From: Rhodobacter capsulatus SB 1003
GTDB taxonomy: Bacteria > Pseudomonadota > Alphaproteobacteria > Rhodobacterales > Rhodobacteraceae
Direction: 5' to 3'
Assembly: GCF_000021865.1 (NCBI RefSeq)
Contig: NC_014034.1
Location: 3,630,001 to 3,662,000, forward strand
Length of the DNA: 32,000 nucleotides
How positions within the stretch are numbered: the first letter of the stretch is position 1; each line of letters starts with the position of its first letter. The notes below the pieces were generated by a model. The model saw only the letters and a list, made by a program, of their open reading frames with translations, searched no databases and had not been told where the DNA came from. Of the stretch, positions 15,311-23,515 are shown in pieces. Made by a program: the position numbers and the translations under genes.

Positions 15311-15444
15311 CGTCCCCCCCCTGCGCGCGCGGCCCTTCCTATCAAGGCCCGCGACCCGGGGACAAGCGCCGAGTTGCGACCCGGGCGGGTTTCGCCTTGC
15401 CGCCTGCGCCGGGCCACGGCATCTTGGGCCGAACGGAGGCGAAC

Positions 15445-16269
15445 ATGGTCTATCTTGCGATTGATGGCGGCGGAAGCGGCTGCCGGGCGGTGCTTTGCGA
15501 TGCCGAAGGGCGCGAACTCGCCCGGGCCGAGGGCGGTCCCGCAAATATCGCCACGGATTTTGCGGCGGCGCTGGAAAGCCTGCGCGGGCTGGCGCTGCGG
15601 CTGATCGCGGACCGGCCGCCGGAACAGGTGCGGGCGGTGCTGGGCGTCGCCGGGGCGAACCTTTCGGGGGCGGGGCCGCGGCTGGAGGCGGCGCTGCCGT
15701 TCCGGGCCAAGGTGGTGCAGGATGTGACCACCTCGCTGCGCGGCGCGCTGGGGACGGGCGACGGGATCATGGCGGCGATCGGCACCGGCTCGGTCTTTGC
15801 GCGGCAGTTGGGCGGGCAGGTCACGGCGATCGGCGGCTGGGGGTTCCGGCTGGGCGACGAGGCCTCGGGCGCCTGGATGGGGCGGCTGATGCTGAACCGG
15901 ATCACCCGGATGCTGGATGGCTACGCGCCGATCTCGCCCCTGGCGCAGACGATCCTGACCGATCTGGGCGGCGGGCCGGGGCTGGTCGCCTTCACGCTGC
16001 AAAAGACGCCCGCCGATCATGCGCTTTTGGTGCATCGCATGGCGAGCGCCTTCGACGATCCGCTGTCGCGTCACGTGCTGGCCGAGACCCGGGCGGAATT
16101 GCGCGCGGCGATCGGGCTGTTGCAGACCGATCCGCCGTTGCCGGTGGTGTGGTTGGGCGGGCTTGGGCCGACGCTGGCGCTGACCGACTGGCCGCGGGCC
16201 GAGCCCCTGGGCACGGCGCTTGACGGCGCGATGGCGATGGCGCGGGATCCGGCAACATGGGCCGCATGA
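15445..16269 (+). CDS. BadF/BadG/BcrA/BcrD-type ATPase, N-acetylglucosamine-kinase-like
   Basis: ATG at 15445 lies 5 nt after GGAGG. N-terminal phosphate-1 motif LAIDGGGSGCR. GIMAAIGTGSV and GGWGFRLGDEASGAW are typical of the GlcNAc kinase/BadF family. Its stop overlaps the nagA start. Confidence 0.8.
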   Translation: MVYLAIDGGGSGCRAVLCDAEGRELARAEGGPANIATDFAAALESLRGLALRLIADRPPEQVRAVLGVAGANLSGAGPRLEAALPFRAKVVQDVTTSLRGALGTGDGIMAAIGTGSVFARQLGGQVTAIGGWGFRLGDEASGAWMGRLMLNRITRMLDGYAPISPLAQTILTDLGGGPGLVAFTLQKTPADHALLVHRMASAFDDPLSRHVLAETRAELRAAIGLLQTDPPLPVVWLGGLGPTLALTDWPRAEPLGTALDGAMAMARDPATWAA

Positions 16270-17402
16270 TCCTGACCGGGGCCCGGCTCTTTGACGGCGC
16301 CCGGTGTCTTGACGGACAGGCGGTGGTGATCGAGGGCGACCGGATCGCCGCGATCCTGCCCGTGCAGGACGCGCCCGAAGGCGCGCGGATCAAGCTGGAG
16401 GGCGGCCTGCTTGCGCCCGGGCTGATCGATCTGCAGGTGAACGGCGGCGGCGGGGTGATGCTTTCGGGCGATGATCCCTTGGCCGAGATCGCCACGATCT
16501 GCGCCGCCCATGCGGGCCTTGGCACGACCGGGCTTTTGCCCACGCTGATCACCACCTCGGCCCGGCAGACCCGCGCGGTTCTGGCCGCCGGGGTGGCGGC
16601 GGTCGGCCGGGTGCCGGGGTTTCTGGGCCTGCATCTCGAAGGGCCGCATCTCGACCCGAAGCGGCCCGGCTGCCATCCGGCCGCGCACATCCGGCCGATG
16701 ACCGAGGACGACCTTCTGACGCTTTGCGAAGCCCGCGCCGGTCTGCCCGCGCTGCTGCTGACGGTGGCGCCCGCTTCGGTGACGCCCGAGCAGATCGCCC
16801 GGCTGACCGCGGCCGGGGTGGTGGTGGCGCTGGGTCACGCCGACTGCAGCTTTGCGCAGGCGCAGGCCGCTTTCGACGCGGGCGCCCGCGTCGTGACGCA
16901 TCTCTTCAACGCGATGAGTCCGCTGGGCTCGCGCGAGCCGGGGCTGGTCGGTGCCGCCCTGTCGCTGCCCTTCGCCTGCGGTCTGATCGGCGACGGGATC
17001 CATGTTTCCGCCGAATCAGCCCGGCTGGCGCTGCGGCTGGCGGCGGAGCGGATCTATCTGGTCAGCGATGCGATGGCGGTTGCAGGCACCGATCTGACCG
17101 GCTTCGACCTTGCGGGGCGGCGCATCCATCGTGCCAACCGGAGCCTGCGGACGGAAAACGACACGCTGGCCGGGGCGGATCTGAGCCTGCCCCGGGCGAT
17201 CCGATTCTGCGTGACGGATCTGGGCCTGCCGCCCGAACAGGCACTGGCCATGGCCACCGCACGCCCGGCGGCGCTGATCGGGTCGAACCGGGGACGCATC
17301 GCCCCCGGCCTGCCCGCCGATCTGGTGCATCTGACTGACGACTGGGCACTGACCCGGGTCTGGCAGGGCGGGAAGCTTCAGGCGAAATCGCCCACCGCAT
17401 AG
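16266..17402 (+). CDS. nagA: N-acetylglucosamine-6-phosphate deacetylase
   Basis: GLIDLQVNGGGG, HLEGPHL, ALGHADC and HLFNAM motifs. ATG at 16266 forms an ATGA overlap with the upstream stop. An alternative ATG is at 16257. Confidence 0.9.
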   Translation: MILTGARLFDGARCLDGQAVVIEGDRIAAILPVQDAPEGARIKLEGGLLAPGLIDLQVNGGGGVMLSGDDPLAEIATICAAHAGLGTTGLLPTLITTSARQTRAVLAAGVAAVGRVPGFLGLHLEGPHLDPKRPGCHPAAHIRPMTEDDLLTLCEARAGLPALLLTVAPASVTPEQIARLTAAGVVVALGHADCSFAQAQAAFDAGARVVTHLFNAMSPLGSREPGLVGAALSLPFACGLIGDGIHVSAESARLALRLAAERIYLVSDAMAVAGTDLTGFDLAGRRIHRANRSLRTENDTLAGADLSLPRAIRFCVTDLGLPPEQALAMATARPAALIGSNRGRIAPGLPADLVHLTDDWALTRVWQGGKLQAKSPTA

Positions 17403-18250
17403 CCCTGAATGTACAGCAGCGCCGAAAGATCGCCGTGGTTGATCCGGATCTCGCATTGCGCCGCGACCGAGGGTTTGGCGTGCAGTGCCACCCCCGCCCC
17501 GGCCAGCTGCAGCATGCCCAGATCATTGGCGCCGTCGCCCACCGCCATCACCTCGGAATGGGCCAATTTCAGTCTTTCCGAAATTTCCAGAAATGCCTGA
17601 ACCTTGGCTTCACGCCCCAGAATGGGCCACACCGGAACCCCGGTCAGCTTGCCATCCTTGATGCCCAGAACATTCGCCCGGTTCTCATCAAAGCCAAGCG
17701 TTTCAGAGACATAGCCGGTGAAAGCGGTAAATCCGCCGGATACCAGCGCACAATAAGCCCCGTTCGCCTTCATCGTGCGCAACAGGTCATGACCGCCCGG
17801 CATGAAGGTGATGCGCTCCGAAATCACCCGGGCAATGACGCTTTCGGGCAAGCCGGTCAGCAGGCCCAGACGCTCGGTCAGCGCGCCTTCGAAATCCAGC
17901 TCGCCATTCATCGCGCGGGCGGTGATCGCGCTCACCTGCGCGCCGACGCCCGCCACATCGGCCAGCTCGTCAATGCATTCCTGCTGGATCATCGTGCTGT
18001 CCATATCGGCCAGCAGCATCTTTTTCTTCCGCCCCTCGGCCCCCTGCACCACAAGGTCGAAACCGAGCTTCTGCAGATCTTCCCAGACCTGCCAGCGGTT
18101 CTCGGGCATCCTGTCCATCGGGAATTCGGCGGCGATGCCGGGGGCCAGCCAGCGGACCTCTCCGCCCCCCCAGGCATTGCGCAATGAGGTGACCGTGACC
18201 GCCTCCAGATTGGCGGCTTTCGGGTCGGCGAGAAGCGTGGCGATGAACAT
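17378..18250 (-). CDS. serB: phosphoserine phosphatase
   Basis: HAD motifs DMDSTMIQ (DxDxT) and GDGANDL. 290 aa. The 3' end overlaps the nagA 3' end by 25 nt. Confidence 0.9.
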   Translation of the reverse strand: MFIATLLADPKAANLEAVTVTSLRNAWGGGEVRWLAPGIAAEFPMDRMPENRWQVWEDLQKLGFDLVVQGAEGRKKKMLLADMDSTMIQQECIDELADVAGVGAQVSAITARAMNGELDFEGALTERLGLLTGLPESVIARVISERITFMPGGHDLLRTMKANGAYCALVSGGFTAFTGYVSETLGFDENRANVLGIKDGKLTGVPVWPILGREAKVQAFLEISERLKLAHSEVMAVGDGANDLGMLQLAGAGVALHAKPSVAAQCEIRINHGDLSALLYIQGYAVGDFA

Positions 18251-18364
18251 GGATCAGGGGTCCCGGGGCTGGAGGGATGTCGCTTTTGATATCCGATGCG
18301 GCGCTTTAGCGTGATTTTCCATCTTGTGCCAGAGGGCAAAGCCTGTAGCAGCGACGGCGGGACA

Positions 18365-18400
18365 CCCTTCCCCAACGAAGGGCGTTTATCTGGAAGGATA
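18365..18400 (+). promoter_or_regulatory. candidate serC leader: two small hairpins, the second sequestering the Shine-Dalgarno sequence
   Basis: CCCTTC-CCCAAC-GAAGGG (18365-18382), then TATC-TGGAAG-GATA (18387-18400). The GGAAGGA SD sits in the second loop/stem, 5 nt before the serC ATG. A conserved serC-serA leader motif is known in alphaproteobacteria. I cannot align to its consensus by eye. Confidence 0.3.
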
Positions 18401-18405
18401 GCGAC

Positions 18406-19551
18406 ATGACGAATACTGCCCCGGCCAACCGTCCGGCGAATGCACGTTTCTCTTCGGGCCCTTGCGCGAAGATCCCCGGTTTCTCCCTCGACATGCTCTC
18501 GGATGCGCCGCTTGGCCGGTCGCACCGTGCCGCCATCGGCAAGAACAAGCTGAAAGAGGCGATCGACCTGACCCGCGAAATTCTGGGCGTGCCTGCGGAT
18601 TACCGCATCGGCATCGTTCCCGCCTCGGACACCGGCGCCGTCGAAATGGCGCTCTGGTCGCTGCTCGGCGCCCGCAAGGTGACGATGTGCGCCTGGGAAA
18701 GCTTCGGCTCCGGCTGGGTCACCGATGTCGTCAAGCAGCTGAAACTTGACGCCGAGGTGAAAGAGGCTGGCTATGGCGATATCGTCGATTTCGCCACCGT
18801 CGATTTCAACACCGATGTCGTCTTCACCTGGAACGGCACCACCTCTGGTGTGCGGGTTCCGAGCGGCGACAAGATCCCGGCCGACCGCGAAGGCCTGACC
18901 ATCTGCGACGCGACCAGCGCGGCGTTCGCCATGGACCTGCCCTGGGACAAGCTCGACGTCACCACCTTCTCCTGGCAAAAGGTGCTGGGCGGCGAAGGCG
19001 GCCATGGCGTGCTGATCCTGTCGCCCCGCGCGGTGGAACGGCTCGAAAGCTACACCCCGGCCTGGCCGCTGCCGAAGATCTTCCGCCTGACCTCCAAGGG
19101 CAAGCTGATCGAGGGCATCTTTGTCGGCGAAACCATCAACACCCCCTCGATGCTTTGCGTCGAAGATTATCTGGTGGCGATGAAATGGGCGAAAACCATC
19201 GGCGGGCTGAAGGGCCTTGTCGACCGGGCCGCCGCCAACGCCAAAGTGGTCTGGGACTTCTGCGACGCCAATCCGTGGATTGCCAATCTGGCGAACGACC
19301 CGGCGACGGCCTCGACCACCTCGGTCTGCCTCAAGTTCAATGACGCCCGCATCAAGGACGGCGCCGCCTTTGCCAAGGCCGTTGCCAAACGCCTTGAAAA
19401 AGAAGGGGTTGCGCTGGATATCGGCGCCTATCGCGATGCCCCGGCCGGTCTGCGGATCTGGTGCGGCTCGACGATCGAAAAAGCCGATGTCGAGGCCCTG
19501 ATGCCGTGGCTGGCTTACGCCTTCGAGGCGGAAATCGCGGCGCAAGCCTGA
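18406..19551 (+). CDS. serC: phosphoserine aminotransferase (alphaproteobacterial short type)
   Basis: 381 aa. [13 protein letters not shown]-terminus, [18 protein letters not shown], and PLP-lysine context [12 protein letters not shown]. Immediately upstream of serA. Confidence 0.9.
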   Translation: MTNTAPANRPANARFSSGPCAKIPGFSLDMLSDAPLGRSHRAAIGKNKLKEAIDLTREILGVPADYRIGIVPASDTGAVEMALWSLLGARKVTMCAWESFGSGWVTDVVKQLKLDAEVKEAGYGDIVDFATVDFNTDVVFTWNGTTSGVRVPSGDKIPADREGLTICDATSAAFAMDLPWDKLDVTTFSWQKVLGGEGGHGVLILSPRAVERLESYTPAWPLPKIFRLTSKGKLIEGIFVGETINTPSMLCVEDYLVAMKWAKTIGGLKGLVDRAAANAKVVWDFCDANPWIANLANDPATASTTSVCLKFNDARIKDGAAFAKAVAKRLEKEGVALDIGAYRDAPAGLRIWCGSTIEKADVEALMPWLAYAFEAEIAAQA

Positions 19552-19563
19552 TTTCAGAACGGC

Positions 19564-19586
19564 GATGGGCGCAGGCCGCGCCCATC
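19564..19586 (+). terminator. serC-serA intercistronic stem-loop (attenuator or processing/stabilising element)
   Basis: GATGGGCGC-AGGCC-GCGCCCATC: a 9-bp perfect stem followed by CTTTCCCACATTTCC (interrupted T tract). Confidence 0.4.
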
Positions 19587-19622
19587 CTTTCCCACATTTC
19601 CGAAATTTCAGGAGCCCATGAA

Positions 19623-21218
19623 ATGGTCCCCAAGGTTCTGATCTCTGACGAACTCTCCGACGCCGCCGTGCAGATCTTCCGCGATCGCGGCATCGAAGTG
19701 GATTTCCAGCCCAAGCTCGGCAAGGACAAGGAAAAACTGGCCGAGATCATCGGCAATTACGATGGCCTTGCCATCCGCTCGGCGACCAAGGTCACCGCGG
19801 CGCTTCTGGAAAAGGCGACGAACCTGAAAGTCGTCGGCCGCGCCGGGATCGGTGTCGACAACGTCGACAAGGAAGCGGCGTCGAAAAAAGGCGTGATCGT
19901 GATGAACACGCCCTTTGGCAACATGATCACCACCGCCGAACATGCGATCGCGATGATGTTCGCCGTTGCCCGTCAGATCCCCGAGGCCTCGGCCTCGACC
20001 CATGCGGGCAAATGGGAAAAGTCGAAATTCATGGGCGTCGAACTGACGGCGAAGACGCTGGGCGTGATCGGCGCGGGCAATATCGGCGGGATCGTCTGCG
20101 ACCGCGCCAAGGGCCTGAAGATGAAAGTGATCGCCTATGATCCCTTCCTGTCGGAAGAAAAGGCCGAGAAGATGGGCGTGGAAAAGGTCGAGCTGGAGGA
20201 ACTCCTGCGCCGCGCCGATTTCATCACCCTGCACGTGCCGCTGACCGACAGCACCCGCAACATCCTGAGCCGCGAAAACCTGGCGAAAACCAAGCCCGGC
20301 GTGCGCATCATCAACTGCGCCCGCGGCGGTCTGGTCGATGAAGAGGCGCTGGCCGAGATGCTGAAATCGGGCCATGTGGCGGGCGCCGCCTTTGACGTCT
20401 TCTCGGTCGAACCGGCGGAAACCAACCCGCTCTTCAACCTGCCGAACGTCGTCTGCACGCCGCATCTGGGCGCCTCGACCTCGGAAGCGCAGGAAAACGT
20501 CGCGCTGCAAGTGGCCGAGCAGATGGCGAATTATCTGCTGGATGGCGCCGTTGAAAACGCGCTGAACATGCCCTCGATGACCGCCGACGAAGCCCGCGTC
20601 ATGGGGCCGTGGGTGAAGCTTGCCGAATATCTGGGCGCCTTCATCGGCCAGATGACCGACGAGCCGATCACCGCGATCAACGTCACCTATGACGGCACCG
20701 CCTCGACGATGAACCTGCGTGCGCTCGAATGCGCCGTCATCGCGGGCATCATGAGCCGGGTGAACCCGGACGTGAACATGGTTTCGGCCCCGGTCATCGC
20801 GAAGGAACGCGGGATCCAGCTTTCGACCACGACGCAGGACAAGTCGGGCGTGTTCGACGGCTACATCAAGATCACCGTCGTCACCGACAAGCGCGAACGC
20901 TCGATCGCGGGCACCTGCTTCTCGGATGGCAAGCCGCGCTTCATCCAGATCAAGGGCATCAACGTCGATGCCGAAGTCGGCCGCCACATGCTTTACACGA
21001 CCAACAAGGACGTGCCTGGCATCATCGGCAAGCTGGGCACGCTTCTGGGCGAAAACAAGGTCAACCTGGCGAACTTCACCCTGGGCCGCGCGGCCGCGGG
21101 CGGCGAGGCCATCGCCATCGCCTATCTCGACGAGGCGCTGGATGCCAAAGTTGTGTCCGAACTTGAAGCCACCGGCCTCTTCCAGCAGGTGAAACCGCTG
21201 GAATTCAACATCGCCTGA
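19623..21218 (+). CDS. serA: D-3-phosphoglycerate dehydrogenase (long form with ASB and ACT domains)
   Basis: ATG at 19623 with CAGGAG upstream. NAD fold GVIGAGNIGGIVCDRAKGLKMKVIAYD and catalytic TPHLGAST. 531 aa with a C-terminal regulatory region. The track start at 19461 is an upstream extension overlapping serC. Confidence 0.93.
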   Translation: MVPKVLISDELSDAAVQIFRDRGIEVDFQPKLGKDKEKLAEIIGNYDGLAIRSATKVTAALLEKATNLKVVGRAGIGVDNVDKEAASKKGVIVMNTPFGNMITTAEHAIAMMFAVARQIPEASASTHAGKWEKSKFMGVELTAKTLGVIGAGNIGGIVCDRAKGLKMKVIAYDPFLSEEKAEKMGVEKVELEELLRRADFITLHVPLTDSTRNILSRENLAKTKPGVRIINCARGGLVDEEALAEMLKSGHVAGAAFDVFSVEPAETNPLFNLPNVVCTPHLGASTSEAQENVALQVAEQMANYLLDGAVENALNMPSMTADEARVMGPWVKLAEYLGAFIGQMTDEPITAINVTYDGTASTMNLRALECAVIAGIMSRVNPDVNMVSAPVIAKERGIQLSTTTQDKSGVFDGYIKITVVTDKRERSIAGTCFSDGKPRFIQIKGINVDAEVGRHMLYTTNKDVPGIIGKLGTLLGENKVNLANFTLGRAAAGGEAIAIAYLDEALDAKVVSELEATGLFQQVKPLEFNIA

Positions 21219-21239
21219 CCCTAGATTCAAGGCGTTACC

Positions 21240-21268
21240 AGGCCCTCCGCGACCGCGGGGGGCCTTTT
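21240..21268 (+). terminator. rho-independent terminator of serC-serA
   Basis: AGGCCCTCCGC-GACC-GCGGGGGGCCT: an 11-bp stem with one G-U pair and a 4-nt loop, followed by TTT(C)GTT. Lies 22 nt after the serA stop. Confidence 0.7.
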
Positions 21269-21281
21269 CGTTGGAGAGACC

Positions 21282-22013
21282 ATGCAAAGCTATGCAATCG
21301 GCGACATCCACGGCCAATATGACCTGATGATGCGCGCCTTCGACCGGATCGAGACCGACCGAACCCGCGAGGGCGCCCCCGACAGCCCCGTGGTGGTGCT
21401 GGGCGATCTGTGCGACCGCGGTCCGAATTCCGCCGGGGTGATCGCCCATCTGTTCGAGCGGCAGCAGACCGATGACACTCTGATCGTGCTCAAGGGCAAT
21501 CACGACCGGATGTTCTCGATCTTCCTCGATGATCCCTTCGGCCGCGATCCGCGGCTGCGCGCCGAATACACCTGGATGCATCCGCGGTTGGGCGGGCCCG
21601 AGACGCTGGCCTCCTACGGCATCCGCGAACCGGCGAACCGGCCCACGGCACAGGTCCATGCCGAGGCACTCGCCGCCGTGCCGCCCGCGCATCGCCGCTG
21701 GCTGGCCGATCTGCCGCTCTTTCATCAGCGCGACGAAGCGATCTTCGTGCATGCGGGCATTCGCCCCGGCGTGCCGCTTGCGGCGCAGACCGAGGATGAC
21801 CTGCTCTGGATCCGCGCCCCGTTTCTGGAAGACCCCCGCGATCACGGCGCGCTGATCGTGCATGGCCATACCGCGCTTGAGGTCCCGAGCCATTACGGCA
21901 ACCGGCTCAATCTGGACAGCTCGGCCGGCTATGGCGGCCCGCTGTCCGCCGCGGTGATCGAGGGGCGGAAGGCCTGGCTGCTGACCGACCGGGGCCGGGT
22001 GCCGCTGGGCTGA
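21282..22013 (+). CDS. metallophosphoesterase, PPP-family serine/threonine phosphatase (PrpA/ApaH-like)
   Basis: GDIHG, GDLCDRG and GNHD motifs, plus VHGHT. 243 aa. GGAGAG SD. Confidence 0.85.
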   Translation: MQSYAIGDIHGQYDLMMRAFDRIETDRTREGAPDSPVVVLGDLCDRGPNSAGVIAHLFERQQTDDTLIVLKGNHDRMFSIFLDDPFGRDPRLRAEYTWMHPRLGGPETLASYGIREPANRPTAQVHAEALAAVPPAHRRWLADLPLFHQRDEAIFVHAGIRPGVPLAAQTEDDLLWIRAPFLEDPRDHGALIVHGHTALEVPSHYGNRLNLDSSAGYGGPLSAAVIEGRKAWLLTDRGRVPLG

Positions 22014-22270
22014 GAACCTCGCATTAACCAATTCGGCGCATGCTTCCCGAAACAGCAACCGCGGGGGGCTTTGATGCGGAAACGAGTGACACCACGCCTG
22101 CGAACCCATTGGATCGTCACCCATCCCGAGGGAGAGGGGGGGCGCACGGAACTGCGGCTGGTCTGGGCCTTCGGCGCCTGAGGGAATGACGTTCCGTCAC
22201 GCAAGGCCAAAGCCCTGTTCCCCGCCCCCGTGCCGGAGATAACCTTTCCGCATTGCAGCGGAGGGGAACC

Positions 22271-23446
22271 ATGACCGGCATTGTCATTCTTTCGGGCGCA
22301 CGGACCGCCATCGGCGGCTTCGGCGGCAGTCTTGCGGGCTTTGCGCCCGTCGATCTGGCCACCATCGCCGCGCGGGCGGCGCTGGAGCGCGCGGGCCTCG
22401 CGCCCGAACAGATCAATCAGGTGGTGATGGGCCATATCCTGAACACAGAACCGCGCGACATGTATGTCAGCCGCGTCGCTGCGGTGCAGGCGGGCGTGCC
22501 GGTCGAAACGCCCGCGATGAACGTGAACCGGCTTTGCGGCTCGGGGGTGCAGGCGATCGTCTCGGCGGCACAGGCGTTGATGCTGGGTGAGGGCGACTTC
22601 GCCTTGGCCGGTGGCGTCGACGTGATGAGCCGCGCCCCCTATATCCTGCCCGCCGCGCGGTTCGGGCAGAAGATGGGCGATGCGAGCGTGATCGACATGA
22701 TGGTGGGGGCGCTGTCCTGCCCCTTCGGCACCGGCCACATGGGGGTGACGGCGGAAAACGTCGCCACCGAATGCGGGATCAGTCGCGCGGATCAGGACGC
22801 CTTTGCGCTGGAAAGCCAGACCCGCGCCGCGGCGGCGATTGCGGCGGGCGCCTTCAAGGAGGAAATCGTGCCCGTCGAGATCGCCTCGCGCAAGGGCACG
22901 ATGATTTTCGACACCGACGAACACCCCAAAGCGACGACGCTGGAGAAACTCGCCGCGCTGAAACCCGCCTTCCTCAAGGGCGGCTCGGTCACGGCGGGGA
23001 ATGCCTCGGGCATCAATGACGGTGCCGCGGCGCTGGTGATCGCGCGCGAGGAGGCCGCGATGGCGACCGGGCTGAAACCCTTGGCGCGCATCCGCGGCTT
23101 TGCCGTCGCGGGCGTGCGCCCCGAGGTGATGGGCCTTGGCCCGATTCCGGCGGTACGGCTTTTGTGCGAAAGGACCGGGCTGAAGCTCGGCGATTTCGAC
23201 GTGATCGAAAGCAACGAGGCTTTCGCGGCGCAGGCGCTTGCTGTTTCACGTGCGCTTGACCTCGACCCGGCGCGGGTGAACCCGAACGGCGGCGCCATCG
23301 CGATGGGCCATCCGGTCGGTGCGACGGGGGCGATCCTGACGGTGAAGACGCTTTATCACCTGCACCGGACCGGCGGTCGGCTTGGCCTGATCACCATGTG
23401 CATCGGGGGCGGACAGGGGATTGCGCTCGCGATCGAGCGCCTCTGA
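22271..23446 (+). CDS. acetyl-CoA C-acetyltransferase (thiolase II)
   Basis: ATG at 22271 after GGAGGGG. Active-site contexts NRLCGSG, GNASGINDGAAA, NPNGGAIAMGHPVGATG and CIGGGQGIA. 391 aa. Confidence 0.93.
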   Translation: MTGIVILSGARTAIGGFGGSLAGFAPVDLATIAARAALERAGLAPEQINQVVMGHILNTEPRDMYVSRVAAVQAGVPVETPAMNVNRLCGSGVQAIVSAAQALMLGEGDFALAGGVDVMSRAPYILPAARFGQKMGDASVIDMMVGALSCPFGTGHMGVTAENVATECGISRADQDAFALESQTRAAAAIAAGAFKEEIVPVEIASRKGTMIFDTDEHPKATTLEKLAALKPAFLKGGSVTAGNASGINDGAAALVIAREEAAMATGLKPLARIRGFAVAGVRPEVMGLGPIPAVRLLCERTGLKLGDFDVIESNEAFAAQALAVSRALDLDPARVNPNGGAIAMGHPVGATGAILTVKTLYHLHRTGGRLGLITMCIGGGQGIALAIERL

Positions 23447-23457
23447 CCCCTGTCGCA

Positions 23458-23514
23458 AGGGCATATTTGGACCAAGAAAAAGCAGCTGTTTTTTCTTGGC
23501 AAAAATACGCCCTT
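23458..23514. terminator. 57-bp imperfect palindrome between convergent genes (bidirectional terminator candidate built from two repeat-family tails)
   Basis: AAGGGCATATTTGGACCAAGAAAAAGCAG | CTGTTTTTTCTTGGCAAAAATACGCCCTT, centred on CAGCTG. The core CCAAGAAAAA/TTTTTCTTGG stem is perfect. A/T runs flank it on both strands. It fills the gap between the stops at 23446 and 23516. Confidence 0.65.
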
Positions 23515-23515
23515 C

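Noticed and set aside
19608-22124. 838-aa minus-strand ORF, the longest apart from the macroglobulin gene
   Set aside because: It is antisense to serA and to the phosphatase gene, both of which carry unmistakable family motifs. It runs straight through the serA terminator and an intergenic gap. Its translation is Arg/Gly/Ala/His/Asp-rich and low in complexity. This is a typical stop-codon-poor shadow frame of GC-rich DNA. The same reasoning applies to 692..2050(-), 3008..4396(-), 4363..5445(-), 5415..6731(-), 6723..7862(+), 8331..9179(-), 9134..10111(-), 11206..13041(-), 16071..17003(-), 17989..19545(-), 21929..22924(-), 27032..27994(-), 31102..31851(-) and the many shorter overlapping ORFs.
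22040-22189. 49-codon ORF in the 257-bp spacer upstream of the thiolase gene
   Set aside because: Many codons end in A or T, unlike the real genes here. No SD and no hydrophobic or recognisable features.
22187-22199. TGACG-TTC-CGTCA palindrome about 70 nt upstream of the thiolase start (overlapping GGAA-N5-TTCC)
   Set aside because: By rough estimate, a 5+5 bp inverted repeat is expected by chance about once in a spacer of this size. It does not match any operator consensus I can name with confidence.
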